Notes under the pieces: generated by a model
The model's database searches: none
The model's input: only the letters and a program-made list of their open reading frames with translations
Told to the model about the DNA's origin: nothing
Position numbers and translations under genes: made by a program
DNA from: the human T2T-CHM13v2.0 reference genome, Homo sapiens
Length of the DNA: 64,000 bases
Direction: 5' to 3' (one strand)
NCBI RefSeq assembly: GCF_009914755.1
Contig: NC_060925.1
In this document: one piece after another, positions 46,364 to 64,000 of the stretch
How positions within the stretch are numbered: the stretch's first letter is position 1
How the letters are laid out: each line of letters opens with the position of its first letter

Positions 46364-46656
46364 TTATGAAACAAGTTTATTATAAAAGGAATTTTGAGAT
46401 GTATTTGTCTTTTCAGACATGATTCTAGTCACTTTGTTTTGTGGGTATGAATTCATTGTGTGGGCTGTTGAGTAATGATAGTTGTCATAATTATAAGAAA
46501 AGATGTTGATACTGATATATAGTTGTAGAACACTTTCATGTTTATAAAGTTTGTTTAAGGGCATCACCTTGTTTGATTGGATCTTCACAAAAGTCATGTG
46601 TGTTAGGCAGGGCAGGTCTGCTGTCCCTGCTTATCCCATTTATTTATTTATTTTTT

Positions 46657-46791
46657 ATTTATTTATTTTTTTAAAAGATAAACAGTTATTCATTTTTGTT
46701 TAAGACATCAGGAGTACTAATAAAGAACCAACTGGTAAACTGCTGATAATTCCATATAATATATCTAGCACTACAACTACACTGAATCATT
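46657..46791 (-). pseudogene. Probable 3' part of the same retrocopy (short terminal segment and decayed poly(A)), displaced by the L1
   Basis: Contiguous with 52297-52514 once the L1 and one TSD are removed. Variant signal AATGAA (TTCATT at 46689-46694) lies about 17 nt before an A-rich tail. Candidate TSD TATTTATTTATTTTTT at 46641-46656 and 52515-52530. Confidence 0.65.
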
Positions 46792-47008
46792 CCTTTTTTT
46801 TTTTTAATACTTTAAGTTTTAGGGTACATGTGCACATTGTGCAGGTTAGTTACATATGTATACATGTGCCATGCTGGTGCGCTGCACCCACTAACTCGTC
46901 ATCTAGCATTAGGTATATCTCCCAATGCTATCCCTCCCCACTCCCCCAACCCCACCACAGTCCCCAGAGTGTGATATTCCCCTTCCTGTGTCCATGTGAT
47001 CTCATTGT

Positions 47009-50858
<3,850 letters not shown>

Positions 50859-50897
50859 TCATTAGTTGATGCAGTTTCTTCCTAGTCTCGATGGTCT

Positions 50898-51914
50898 TTA
50901 CATTTTGGCATGATTTTGCAGTGGCTGGTACCGGTTGTTCCTTTCCATGTTTAGCACTTCCTTCAGGAGCTCTTTTAGGGCAGGCCTGGTGGTGACAAAA
51001 TCTCTCAGCATTTGCTTGTCTGTAAAGTATTTTATTTCTCCTTCTCTTATGAAGCTTAGTTTGGCTGGATATGAAATTCTGGGTTGAAAATTCTTTTCTT
51101 TAAGAATGTTGAATATTGGCCCCCACTCTCTTCTGGCTTGTAGGGTTTCTGCCGAGAGATCCACTGTTAGTCTGATGGGCTTCCCTTTGAGGGTAACCCG
51201 ACCTTTCTCTCTGGCTGCCCTTAACATTTTTTCCTTCATTTCAACTTTGGTGAATCTGACAGTTATGTGTCTTCGAGTTGCTCTTCTTCAGGAGTATCTT
51301 TGTGGCATTCTCTGTATTTCCTGAATCTGAACGTTGGCCTGCCTTGTTAGATTGGGGAAGTTCTCCTGGATAATATCCTGCAGAGTGTTTTCCAACTTGG
51401 TTCCATTCTCCCCATCACTTTCAGGTACACCAATCAGACGTAGATTTGGTCTTTTCACATAGTCCCATATTTCTTGGAGGCTTTGCTCATTTCTTTTTAT
51501 TCTTTTTTCTCTAACCTTCCCTTCTGGCTTCATTTCATTCATTTCATCTTCCATTGCTGATACCCTTTCTTCCAGTTGATCGCATCGGCTCCTGAGGCTT
51601 CTGCATTCTTCACGTAGTTCTCGAGCCTTGGTTTTCAGCTCCATCAGCTCCTTTAAGCACTTCTCTGTATTGGTTATTCTAGTTATACATTCTTCTAAAC
51701 TTTTTTCAAAGTTTTCAACTTCTTTGCCTTTGGTTTGAATTTCCTCCCGTAGCTCAGAGTAATTTGATCGTCTGAAGCCTTCTTCTCTCAGCTCGTCAAA
51801 ATCATTCTCCATCCATCTTTGTTCCGTTACTGGTGAGAAACTGCGTTCCTTTGGAGGAGGAGAGGCGCTCTGCGTTTTAGAGTTTCCAGTTTTTCTGTTC
51901 TGTTTTTTCCCCAT
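50898..51914 (-). pseudogene. L1 ORF1p with in-frame stop at codon 209
   Basis: 1017-nt span MGKKQNRK...NHAKM; TGA at 51288-51290 splits it into the 208-aa and 113-aa ORFs of the track, which are in the same frame. Confidence 0.93.
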
Positions 51915-52296
51915 CTTTGTGGTTTTCTCTACTTTTGGTCTTTGATGATGGTGATGTACAGATGGGTTTTCGGTGTGGATGTCCTTTCTGTTTGTTAGTT
52001 TTCCTTCTAACAGACAGGACCCTCAGCTGCAGGTCTGTTGGAATACCCTGCTGTGTGAGGTGTCAGTGTGCCCCTGCTGGGGGGTGCCTCCCAGTTAGGC
52101 TGCTCGGGGGTCAGGGATCAGGGACCCACTTGAGGAGGCAGTCTGCCCGTTCTCAGATCTCCAGCTGCCTGCTGGGAGAACCACTGCTCTCTTCAAAGCT
52201 CAGATGGAAATGCAGAAATCACCCGTCTTCTGTGTCGCTCACGCTGGGAGCTGTAGACCGGAGCTGTTCCTATTCGGCCATATTGGCTCCTCCCCC

Positions 52297-52514
52297 CTAC
52301 ACTGAATCATTTATTTTGAGCCAGGGCTTGAAGCAGACAATCCAAGCATCCTTCTAAACTATCCTCAGTCTTGTCAACAGCTGTTATCTTCAGCTTCTTC
52401 AAGGTATCACTGAGATTATCCATGTTGCTCCCCGAGGGTGAGGAACTGGCGGGGTGAGGCGAAGGTCTCTGGTGCAGGCGGCACGGCTCTGTGTCCTCCC
52501 TCTACCTCCGTCTC
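52297..52514 (-). pseudogene. Retrocopy of RAP1GDS1 (SmgGDS) mRNA, 5' part: 5'UTR plus 38-codon ORF (52423 to 52307)
   Basis: Manual translation MDNLSDTLKKLKITAVDKTEDSLEGCLDCLLQALAQNK*; the first 37 aa match the recalled RAP1GDS1 N-terminus. About 90 nt of GC-rich leader with AGCAACATGG start context; no intron. Confidence 0.88.
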
Positions 52515-52676
52515 TATTTATTTATTTTTTAAGAGACAGGTCCTATGTTACCCAGGCTGGTCATTTACAGGCACAATCATTGTGCACTATGGCCTGAAGC
52601 TCCTGGGCTCACGCGATCTTCCCACCTCAGCCTCCTGAGTAGCCAGGAGTACAGGCACGTGTCACCATACCTGGCT
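52515..52676 (-). mobile_element. Free Alu monomer (FAM-like), host of the retrocopy
   Basis: Diverged single monomer with FAM/7SL-like segment (GGTCATTTACAGGCACAATCATTGTGCACTATGGCC). Candidate TSD CCATTTA at 46636-46642 and 52678-52684. Confidence 0.7.
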
Positions 52677-55600
52677 TCCATTTACTTTTTAAAACAGGTG
52701 AAGAGATTTTGAGACCCAGAATGCATTTGTGACTTGCCCAAAGTTATCTGGCTAGTAAGTGGCAGAGCTAAGCCTAGACTCTGGGTCTTAAGCATAGTTC
52801 AAGGCGCTTTCCACAGAGTGTAGATGGAGTTTCACATTGTTCATCCAGATTCCTTAAGGACCTGAACTCGCTAATTTGATCTACTAACCTGGAAATTGAC
52901 TAGGGCTTCTCTTATACCACTCAGCCCTTTAAAGTTTTGCCAGTAAAATATCAACATGGTTAATAATATGCTGTAATTTAGAGCACACAAGCCAATGGAC
53001 ATACAAATTTGGTCATTCAGTAGCCACCCAGAGAGTGAGCACAGATACACACTGGAGCAGCTGATTTGGCAAGGTTGGTGGAGGCTGAACATATTAACTA
53101 GTCATTAAATGAATCATGGTCTTTCTGTCCTCAACATTTACAGGATTGCTTTGGCTCTGGCATCTGTTGTTAGTCAATACTGATTAAGGACCCACCTATT
53201 CTTGGTGATAGGTGTTCATTAAACATTCTAAATATACCCTGTCCTCAAGAGAATTCCTTACTGGGCCTGGGGGTTTTTCCTCCTGCACCCCCACACAAAA
53301 AGAGACTTCCTTCTAATAAAGGCAAGATAAATATCCAAATAACACATGAGAACTGATAATGACACATGCAGCCAATCTGATGACTGTGTAGACTTCATTC
53401 CATTTAGATCTATAGTTTCACAGAATCAAGAATTTTATTTTTTTTCCCTCCTTTTCATTGTTGTTATGAGCCATGTAAGGGGACTCATTGTCCCAGGGAC
53501 GGGTATTTGGGAGGGGGAGATCTTTATGGATACCCTTTCTTCTCAGTGGCTTATTGCTATTTGGCATACTACAGTACAATTTGCTAGCCAGGAGGAGTTT
53601 CTGGCTGTAGATCAAACTTCTCCGCTCATGCCTGGTGCCAGAGAGATGCTTGCTCTTAAGGGGGTGGTTACTGCTTTGAAAAGTGTGTGGATTTCTGAGT
53701 GACGTCATTCCACTTTGGCACAGACAGGTATTTATTTCTCTAGAATGAACTACCAGGGGTGAGCCAGACTGTCTGCCTCAGTCATTTCCCAAGGTTTCAT
53801 TTATTTTAAAAATCTGCTAACACATCTGTGTGTATTTTTTTTTCTCTGTATGTTTGTCATGTGCTATAATTACTTATAGGGCTTCTGGTGACATCTTAAT
53901 TAACTAGAGAAGAAAAAATCAAAGATATAATTGTAGAGTTGTTCACAGGTTTTTCTATGGACTTTGTGGATCCAACTGTCAACATGATATTGATGGTTAC
54001 GAATTCTTTTTAAGCTGAGAAACGTATAAATTTTATGTTCCTCGGTCATTGATCACACCTTTGTTCTGTCTTTTACCCTTGCTATGGTGTTTTAGTTTAA
54101 CTGAGTGAATGAGTCAGCTCAGGCCTTTGATGTGATCACAGCCTATTTTGGGGGGCTTTCAGGGAGCATATTTAATACCTAAGTGCATTTCTAGGCCCTT
54201 AGTTCTATGGATTATATTGGGGTGGCATTGTAGCATGTAGATTGTACCAAGAGGGTTTAAAAGCCTCTTTATTCATTCCTCCCTATAGTTCTGGGAATGC
54301 TAGTGCTAACACATGGGATGTAAACAAAGGGAAGGTCCCCCAGGTCTACAGAAGCTATAGAGAGAGCTGGTGGGCAGGCAGATTTTCGAAGTCAGCCAAA
54401 TCAGGGTTTTGCAGTGGGTTCATCCAAGCCAATGTACACACAAGCCACAAGACCAGGATAAGATGTGGGTTGTGGCTGATGCACAGTTTAGGAGCAGGAA
54501 AGCCATGTCTTGGATCCAGGAAGTCTGCAAACATGGGAGAAGCAGGTCAGAAAAAAGAATTTTGATCCTTTTATTCCTAGAATAGTGGCTAGCCCATAAT
54601 AGGAGGCTCAATTAATATTTGTTAAATGAATGAATGAAATAAGAAGACATCAGGGACTCAGAGAAGGAGCCTGGACAATAAGATATCAGAAACTAGGCAA
54701 GAAATGTGGATGGCAGAGATTCAAATCTTGTGTAGACCCCCGTGTCTGGTCTTATGGGATCCATAGATCTATCTTAAGAGATATGAAGACCCTCCATTTG
54801 CCTCCTTTCTGCTGTGAGCACCGTGCCATAGGGGTGGTTGAAAGGAAGGCAGAATCTCTCACTTAACATAAATTGATGGAGACATTTCCAGTTAGTGTCT
54901 ACGATAGCTTAAATTTGGGGGCCATTCCTAGTTCTCTGACCTAACCCACAAGAACCTTGGTCCTATAATCATTCAGGAAATCGTGATTAAGCACTTAATA
55001 GATGTCAGACATGGTGCTAGTCCAGTTCTCTACTTCAAAGCAGATTCCTAAGGTCCGGCTCTTGGGCATGCTGTTCTCTCAAGGGTGTGGTTCTGCTCCA
55101 TGGAACTAATCCAGAGCCACAAGAATCTTATTTTCATACAGTCCTTCCCCCAAACCTGATTATAGGGGACAATTTAGGCTATTTTGAGAAGGTGGGTCTA
55201 CCACTGCTTGAATCCTTTCTAATCATCTGTCTAGGCTACCGAAGACAATTTGTGGTACTCACTTGTCCCTGAAAATTTAAAAGTTCATTTCTCCATATGT
55301 AGACTATATTATTTTTGCCTTTGGCACTTTTCTCTGTCTCTGAACTCTCCTCCTCTGATCTCATTGCTGGCAACGCTGAAGCCAAAGCTGTGATAAGCCC
55401 GGAGAAGTGTGCCCGCCCCCTGCCTGCCCGTCTGTCTTTGAAAGATACCTTCAGGCTGCCGCTGTACTACTGGGTCACAAAACCAGCATCCACCATTACA
55501 GGCAGAATCGTTTTCAAGTCATTTCCTACCTTGGTGATTTTTACCCCCTCCTTCTTTTAACACCTTCCCCAGCAAATCCAATCCATCCTCTGGCTTATCT

Positions 55601-58600
55601 GGGTCAGCAAGGGTCTGATTTTATGCATGACACTGTCAGACCATAAATCCGCTGCAGCTTTGCCTCTCTATCCAGCCTGCCTGCTTCTGTCAGCATCAGC
55701 AAAATGCATAATAGAGAAAATAAGCCAGAAAGGCTAATAACACTCATCTGAATAAAATAATCTCTTTGGCTGCCTCAGTTCATTTCATTTTAATCAAGGT
55801 GCCAGGAGGGAATTTAGGTTAAAAAATCCAACCTCCTTCTTGTCACAAGTTCCCTGTCCAACCATCACTTAAATGATTCCTTTTATCATGCATGTACCTT
55901 TTTTTATTCACCACATACTTGTATGTTCAATAACATATATTGAATGATGTATTTAACTCTTTAAGTTTTGTCTATCATCACAGATAGGTCTGTTTTTAAA
56001 AGCGAGAAATTATATTCTGCTTAGATGTATTGATAGTTGCCATCTCGCTATGCAGATTGGCAGGTTTGATAGGAATTCTGAGACAGGGGATGGGAGCTTA
56101 GTATAAGTTGCTGAAGCATCTAGGGTTTGGGCAATCTGTGCTCCCTTTGGATTCCTTTCTGTCAACCTCAGCACACAGTTCCCAGTGTGGAATGCAGGAC
56201 TGATTGTTCTACCTTGTCCCTTAGGGAAAGGACAGTGGGAGATTAAAATCTGCTCTCCTGTTGGTATCTCTCTCACGTCTTCCCAGAGCCTTATGGCTGC
56301 TTTGTTAATTGCCTGTTGCTGCTGTCTTACTCAAACCATTATTTGCTGAAGGCTGTGCATTTTCAGCAGGCAGCAATCTTGGCCCTGGCCCAGAGCCGGG
56401 TGAGAAGCATGTTGGAAATTGATGAAAGCTGAGTCCTAGTTTGTTTGGAAATAAAAATAATAATATTTCTTCACATTTGTATAGTGCTGAACTATTGGCA
56501 TAGTTCTTTTGCATCCATCATTTCATTTGATCCACACAACAGCCCTGAGAGGTGAGCAACTTAGAGACTATTGGCCCAAAAGGAAACACACCTCGTTATA
56601 GCAATGCAGAAGCTCAAGCTATATTCCAGCAATGCCAGCCTCATGCCATGCATTCCATCTGCACAGCCATGAATGTAGCAATTATTAATTAAATGGCACC
56701 TTAGGTCAGGAGAGCGTCTAGGATTTTACAGCCATACTTTGAAGATCTTTGAGGAGTGAGATGTATACCAATAGGGCACGTGTCCATTTTATAGATGAGA
56801 TGATAAAAACCAAACAGAGGTGATATGGAAAAGAACCATAATAGAGAGGCCAACTTGGACCTTTATGGACTTGGCTCTTCACCATGGATATTTTAGAGAA
56901 ATCCCTTTAAGCGCTTGTTGCTAAGTTTGTTGAACGTCCATAAATAGTCCAAGTTGAGGGAGAAAAGCTGGGCTAATGTCTTCGAAGCTAATGATTCAGC
57001 TATGCAGGTTTATCTCTTTCAGTGCATTTACAGTGATAATGTCTTCTGCAGATGTACAGGCAGCATGTGACTTTCCGGGTCTCCTTTCGACTCCAGAGTC
57101 ATTCCCTCTCAAGTACAGTATGATGTTTTCTTGATCTTCCTCCTGAAAAACATTTTAAGTAAGAAAAATACTCCTAGGTATTTTGTCTGCTTTTTAGGGA
57201 TTAGTGTTTGAGGAGGTTTGCAGCTGCTCAGCACATTCCTAAGGGATGCAGACCCTTTCCTTTAAAGGCCCAAGTATTATACAACCTAAGGCTCTGGGGG
57301 TGGGGAAAGTAAAGAGACTGTGCAAACAAATGATAGATGGAAAAGATATAAAGACAAATTTCAATCTCCTAACCAAACGAAGTTCCCTTGGCTTCAGCGG
57401 TCCCAAATAAAATGAGGCTGCAAAGCTTCTGGAGCAGGAAACCACTCTAGCAGAGCCTTAATATGCTCCCTATGAAATCACGTCTCGTTGCCGTGCTTAT
57501 TTTCCAGCCTGAAGTGGGTTTCATCTTTGTTCGTGTTGGCTGGGAAAATTGTCTGTATATTTGTGATCCCCTCCTCCCACTTTCTCTCTACCTTACTTGC
57601 TCTACCACTACCCAAAAATAAATAAATGAATTAATTGAAACACCTCAGTTGAAAGGAAGAATATGTCTGAGAAAGCTTACAGACTCAAAGGACCAGAAAT
57701 ATTGTGTGAAAAGCTGCATTAATAGTAGGAGAGGCTGAGAACTCCTGGAAGAAACAGCCAACAGGATCTAGTGCTGGTTTTTTAAGCATAGACTCCTTTT
57801 TTAAAATAAAAATCTTGCATAGAGCCTCAATATATGAAACAGATCAAAGCAGTATTTTTATTGGTATAAATCTGCTTTTAAAGTACAAATTTATAGAGTA
57901 CTTATTATACTGTCAGTCAATGAGAACAATGAGGCTGTTTTTATGAACTAAAAATATTGAGATCAGGATTATGAATCAGTTATAGTTTTATATTCATTTC
58001 AGCATCTGGTTTTGGTTTAGGTAGTCCAATATCAAGAAAATTCTGATTAGCATAGATAAGTTATTGTAATCTTGAGCTTTAAATTGATTTAGATGGAAAA
58101 AAGAAGATACTTTTGTTTTAAAGTTGAGTCACTATCATCACCTAGCAGCTATTCCCCTTCATAAATATTAATTGGATAAGCCCCAACATGTATAATAGGC
58201 ATCGCAACAACTGATGATGAGATGGTATGATATTAAGCATGTTGATTTTCGCTACCCAACCACGGTCTAACATAAACCCAGCCTAGGCCCTTGAGCCTTC
58301 TATGGCATGTGATTGAACCTTGCTGCTGTGTGTCAAGTTATAGGCTCACCTGTACAGCTTTATTGGAGGAGGCACACACAGGCGTGAATGAAAAAATAAA
58401 CCTATGCAAAGCTACATGTATTCTAATTAATAGCATATTGTTCAGAAGTTCCAAGGCATACAGTGATTCTTTCTTCCAGGGTTTACATAAAACAATGCTA
58501 GCAGCCTGCAAGACATTGCAGTGGTATCTAACGCAGGGAAACTGGGTCCTGGGTCTCTTGCTCATGTCAGTGAGGGTTGCTCATTTGAATGGATGTGTCA

Positions 58601-58768
58601 CCGTTTTTTAAATTGAAATGTGATTTTCTGCTAATTCCAGAGTATCTCAGAACACAGTTTAAAAGCTCCTGCTCTCTGAAACCAATACTAATACTGTAAC
58701 TATCGCACAAAATGCTGTAAGGATGGAAATAAATACATGTGAAAAGTACTTATAGCACCTTGCAAGTT

Positions 58769-59090
<322 letters not shown>

Positions 59091-60701
59091 TAGCATTAAG
59101 TGATAAGGCATTTTATTTTAAAAGATTTCTACTTCCAGCCATCCTGTTTATTGACCCATCTTTGTTCAGTCATCTTTTCTTTTGAGGACACCCTGGGGAT
59201 ATGTGCTCTGCATCCTTTCCCATGGTGTTAGGTTGATTTTGCCTCCTCTGCTTCCTCTTTTGATCTGAGGTCTACCTTTCTGAGCTAGCTGGCCTTTTGT
59301 TTGTACCACCATTAAAGTTCTACTTTACTATAGGTCTTTCTTTGTCTCCCTTACTATATTGCAGCATTTGCACTTTTATAACCACTAAAGCACCTAACAC
59401 CATGCCTTGTTCATTTAAGATACAAATGTGTGTACATTTGTGGAATTGAATTGTGGCATTATTTGTGTGTATGTAAAGTGCTATAGGGAAAGAACCAGTA
59501 TAGACCCCCCCAATCCATCTTCTTCCTTAAGAAATAGATTGAAACCAATTGTCAATGTAAAGTCTCATGAGATCTGCCCCTTTAAAAAGCATGCTTACTG
59601 AGGACATGGGTATCTTGCCGAGAGACACCACTTGATTAAAATGTAAATTAGGTTATTTAGAATTTTGTAACTGAAATCTAATTGGAATCATTTTGAAAGT
59701 TTTCTTGCAATGGAAACATCAGATGCTATGGAATGCATGTGTTCAAATATCTTACCATTTTGAATTTAGGATTGTTTCCAGTTCACTTTTTTTTCCCCAG
59801 ATACTAAACATTTTGAAAGGAGTAAATTAATTATGTGTCTCTCTTCCTCTCAGCTGGTATATTTTTGATTTCCATAGAAATCTTTCAGTTTCCCTAAAAA
59901 GGTAAGTGTTGTCACAGTGATTGGCACGCTTAAGAGTTAGTGATTTTGGCTACAGAAGAGTGATGCCTGGGGCAGGGGGTGAGTGGTACCCGGATACAGG
60001 TTTAGAACAGTTTCAATTTGGACTCTAATATTAATTGGTTTGAAGTAACTTCTTGGTTGGGTTAGACAGATATTTGATTTGTCTGATGTGTTCTGAAGTC
60101 CAAGTAAGTATGGCATGATTATTTGTTAATAGTTACTACTATAGAATTGGAAAAGCCTTCTAAGTTGAACTTCATGGTTTACAAATCACAAGTGCCTGGC
60201 CTTTAGTGCTGAATGGAGGCAGTACTGACCCAATAACCAAGCTACTCTCAACTCACTTTCTTTGTAGTAGGAGTCTGACTGGAGCGGGGAAGAGAGGAAA
60301 GGGGGAAAGAAACAGATAGTTATTATTTGCAGTGAATGAGAGTACTCGCTTTGCAGTTATAGGCTTGGTTTGAATTCTGGAATTGCCACTTTTTAGCTAT
60401 ATGACCTTGGGCAAAGTGTTTAAAAATTTTTAGTCTACTTTTCCTCATCTGCCAAATGTGGTTAATAACACCCACCTCATCAGGTAGTTGTGGGGTTTAA
60501 GTCAAACAACATGTATAAAGGGCCCAGATATGTGTACAGTATCCCTTGATAAATAGTACTGCAAATTATTCCTACTTTTGTTTCTCTCCTTAAAGAAATC
60601 CAACTTCCAAATGTAGAACTTTCTGTTGCTTAAGTTAATGCTGAGTTGGTAATCAATAATTCTTTTGGATCACAATGTTTTCATTAGAAATGAGCATCTA
60701 G

Positions 60702-61025
<324 letters not shown>

Positions 61026-61845
61026 TTAGCACTTTACTGCTCCACTCAAGCTGTAGACATTTTAGGAACACATGTTCAGGTATGGTTTGTGTTCTTGATT
61101 GTATGGGACATGAGATCATGGCTCAATAAATGAAATCAAAACTTCCTTAGATGTGTTCTGTGGAACTCCAGAGTTTTCAGTAACATTTTAATGGCATATG
61201 TCTCCAAATTTGCCTTTATTAAATCCTACAATGGATACATTTGTGGGGATTTTGTAGTGCTGTAGTGATTTTTGTGTCTAGACAAAATCTCTAACTTTGG
61301 TTTCTAACCCTAGAGACAAACCAAATGACTTAGTGGCTAAAATGATGGACTTCAGAATCACCTTAGACCTGGTCTAGCCAGACAATGCAGAACTGTTGTT
61401 CTAGTCCCTGGTGCCCTCTTACTTGTTGTGTTAGTCTTACTCGCTGTAGACAAGTGACAACCTCTCTGAGCTTCAGTTTTCTAATCAGTTGAAGGGGGAT
61501 AATGGTAGTTCTTTCCTTAAAATGAAATGATAGAGCTTAGATGAGATGAGATAATACGTATAAAGCATTCACCAAGTTCTTAGAACATAGTAGGTGCCTA
61601 ACAGATAATCCTGTTTCTCCTTGTACATCCCCTCTTCCCTCCCTCTCCTTCTTGTCCTTATTTTCTCCTTTTTTCTCCACTGAGTTTTTAGAAAAGGAGA
61701 AAACTAGAGAGGTGAGCTTCAGGAAAAATATCTTTATTTCTGGATTGGCTTTGATTGCTGTGATTTTAGGACACGGACTATAGTTGTAGATGTTGCCCTG
61801 GCTGTGTATCAACAATGACTTCTTTTCCTTGATGTTTCTTCACAG

Positions 61846-62008
61846 GAAGGATCAGAATGTTCTCTCTCCAGTCAACTGCTGGAATCTCCTCTTAAACCAG
61901 GTGAAGTGGGAAAGCAGGGACCATACCACCCTGAGTGACATCTACCTGAATAATATCATTCCTCGATTTGTACAAGTCAGCGAGGACTCAGGAAGACTCT
62001 TTAAAAAG
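61846..62008 (+). CDS. SRGAP2C: SRGAP2-family coding exon 3 (c.261-423, aa 87-141), Trp108 variant
   Basis: TTTCTTCACAG acceptor, AAG|GTACAG donor, 163 nt, phase 2 to phase 0, joins the previous exon in frame (AA|G = K87). Translates KDQNVLSPVNCWNLLLNQVKWESRDHTTLSDIYLNNIIPRFVQVSEDSGRLFKK; TGG at 61907-61909 is R108W. Confidence 0.93.
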
Positions 62009-62069
62009 GTACAGAGATATTTCTAGTCACAGAGGTTCTTGGGTGGAGCAATGACACAATTTTTAAAAT

Positions 62070-62215
62070 CCTATTAGATATTATGTTGATTACCTGGGTG
62101 ACAAAATTATCTGTACACCAGACCCCCATGACATGCAATTTACCCATGTAACAAACTTGCACATATACCCCCCTTGAACCTAAAATAAAAGTTGGAAAGA
62201 AAAAATAAAAGAAAG
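62070..62215 (+). mobile_element. Extreme 3' fragment of an old primate L1 (L1PA13-16/L1PB-like), sense to the host gene
   Basis: CCCATGACATGCAATTTACCCATGTAACAAACTTGCACAT...CCTAAAATAAAAGTTGG followed by an A-rich tail. Confidence 0.8.
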
Positions 62216-64000
62216 AATATCTTATTGGCCCACTTCATAGGCTTTCCACTAGTCATTCCCTACCACATACTTGTGGAGAAAAAAAATATTTGAATTGGCA
62301 TTCCTTTCTTCCTTTCTGAGCTGAATTAATAGTAGCCTTGGGAAAGGAACCATTTGCAAGGTATAAACCCAGGGCTGGTACTATAATTCATAATCTGCAT
62401 CTATTAACAAAAACTGTGTTTTGGGAAGTTTTCTTAAAGTGATTTGTGAAGCTGTTGAGCTTAAGGGGCCAACACTGTCATTTTATGTTTTCCTATTCTA
62501 GTTCATTTAGCAAACTCATATACGTTTATGTTTTTAGTTTAGTTTTCTTCCCAGGGTCTTATCTTGGCCAAGGTAGACTCAAAAGTGTGGTTATTCTTAT
62601 CGTGGTATGTCTTTGTCTTTGGGTCTCTGAATGCTTTCGAAACTCAATTGTTATCGTACTTCCTTGGGTATAGGTTGAACAATTTGACAAAGGAAAACTC
62701 AAAATAATCATGATAATCTTAAGGAGCCAATTCACCTTACCTGTCAACGATGGAACTAGCCTCTTGAAAATCCAGGAAGCTCTTTTCTAAGCTGTCTCAG
62801 CTTGAGCTCAAAGTGGAATCATTTATTCATGAGGTTGGGTTACAGACAGCGGTGAAGGCCCCAACCATTGTATATGATATGCCATGTCTACCATTCAAGC
62901 ATTGACATCCCCGGAAGACTTTCCAGAAGGCAAATAATCTTCCTAAAAGTTATAGGTAGAAAAAGATTATAGAGGGCTATTTAGAATTCATCAGTTTCCA
63001 GGTGACAAAATCCATTATTAAAATTTGAAAGTATGAGAGAAAAGACTGGTAAACAGGACTGTAGTCGATACAGTCAAAGCTCTTCATCAGCTTTCCAGTT
63101 CTCAGGAATTTTTCCAGATTTCACTAGATCTGGAATTAATACCCCATTTTTTTTCTGTAATTACCAGCCTGATCAAATAACTGATTTGGAATCTTCCATC
63201 TACCTAATTGCATCCGTGAAGGTGCTTTCCCTGTGTCTTAGAGACAGAATATTGAGGGTACAATCATCTGACGACGAAAAGAAGGCAGAGAAAGATAACT
63301 CCTCCCAGAGCTCACTGGCTATTATTAGTAGCCCGGCTGTGCTGTGGTTGGGGCCACACCTCATTTTGGAGTGAGGGTACTTCTCACCATCTCCTCCATG
63401 GTTTCCAGCATCAGCTTCAGCTTGGTTGTCATTAATTTGAATTATTCTGCAATACTTGGTGATGCATGTGTGTGACTAAAATTAAAACCTATTTAGGTGA
63501 AATTTTGACAGCTCGTCTCTATGACCTTGACAGCCACTTAGACTATCTCAAGAAGGAAAGGGCTTGACTGATAGTTTCCTCCTCCGTTTTCTTTGTTCAT
63601 CTGAGAAAACAACTTTTATAAGATCTGTTCACCTAGCTAGACTTCACCCAGTCTCTCAGCTCCCTTTTTACCAAGCCTTAGAAGGTTAGAGAAAAACCAG
63701 GCTAGATAATTTAATAGCCTCTCCAGATCTCAGAGATGCTTATACTGAAGGCAGCCAGATAGCAAAGTCACGAGTGTTCCTGGCTCTTCAAGTGCCCTAT
63801 GCATATTTCACCAAAGGTAGGTACATGGCATGTATACAAGGTGTGGGGCATATGACATTCATGAAGAAAATTCGTCTGTGAATGATATTCCTAGCCATGG
63901 GCTCAGGGTTGACTTCCTTAAGCCGTGTATTACTATGCTAGAGCGTGAGGAAGAACTTATTTCTCATAGGACTGTTTATATATTACATTTCACTGAAGAA

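Noticed and set aside
52276-52285. YY1 site change in the L1 5' end (GCCATATT vs GCCATCTT)
   Set aside because: The change falls in the degenerate position of CCATNTT, so no loss of function can be inferred.
52297-52514. RAP1GDS1-like sequence as an L1 5' transduction
   Set aside because: The 15-bp TSD lies between this sequence and the L1 start, so the sequence was already at the target site.
61904-61911. New GT dinucleotide created by the R108W change (GAA|GTGGGA)
   Set aside because: Poor match to the donor consensus; cryptic splicing cannot be supported from sequence alone.

Overview
Human genomic DNA, almost all intron, from an SRGAP2-family gene on the + strand. Two F-BAR-coding exons are present: 22171-22363 (aa 23-87) and 61846-62008 (aa 87-141). 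They carry His73 and Trp108 where ancestral SRGAP2A has Arg, which points to the human-specific duplicate SRGAP2C. The rest is repeat-rich: about 25 Alu/monomer elements, L2/MIR relics, MaLR LTRs and small DNA transposons. Two structures stand out in the 39.5-kb intron between the exons. (1) At 46636-52684 there is a three-layer nested insertion. An old free Alu monomer holds, in its tail, a short retrocopy of a prematurely polyadenylated RAP1GDS1 (SmgGDS) mRNA with an intact 38-codon ORF that is too short for the ORF track. That retrocopy is split by a 5.5-kb L1PA2-type element whose 5'UTR was spliced before integration (SpIRE97/622 type). (2) At 25009-27038 there is a 2030-bp antisense solo LTR12C whose CCAAT/GATA enhancer array has expanded as an ABAB higher-order repeat of 160-bp units. 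I see no evidence for a wholly new gene system; the nested retrocopy is the best candidate for something unannotated. Family and paralog calls rest on recalled reference sequences, not on searches, and many repeat boundaries are approximate.
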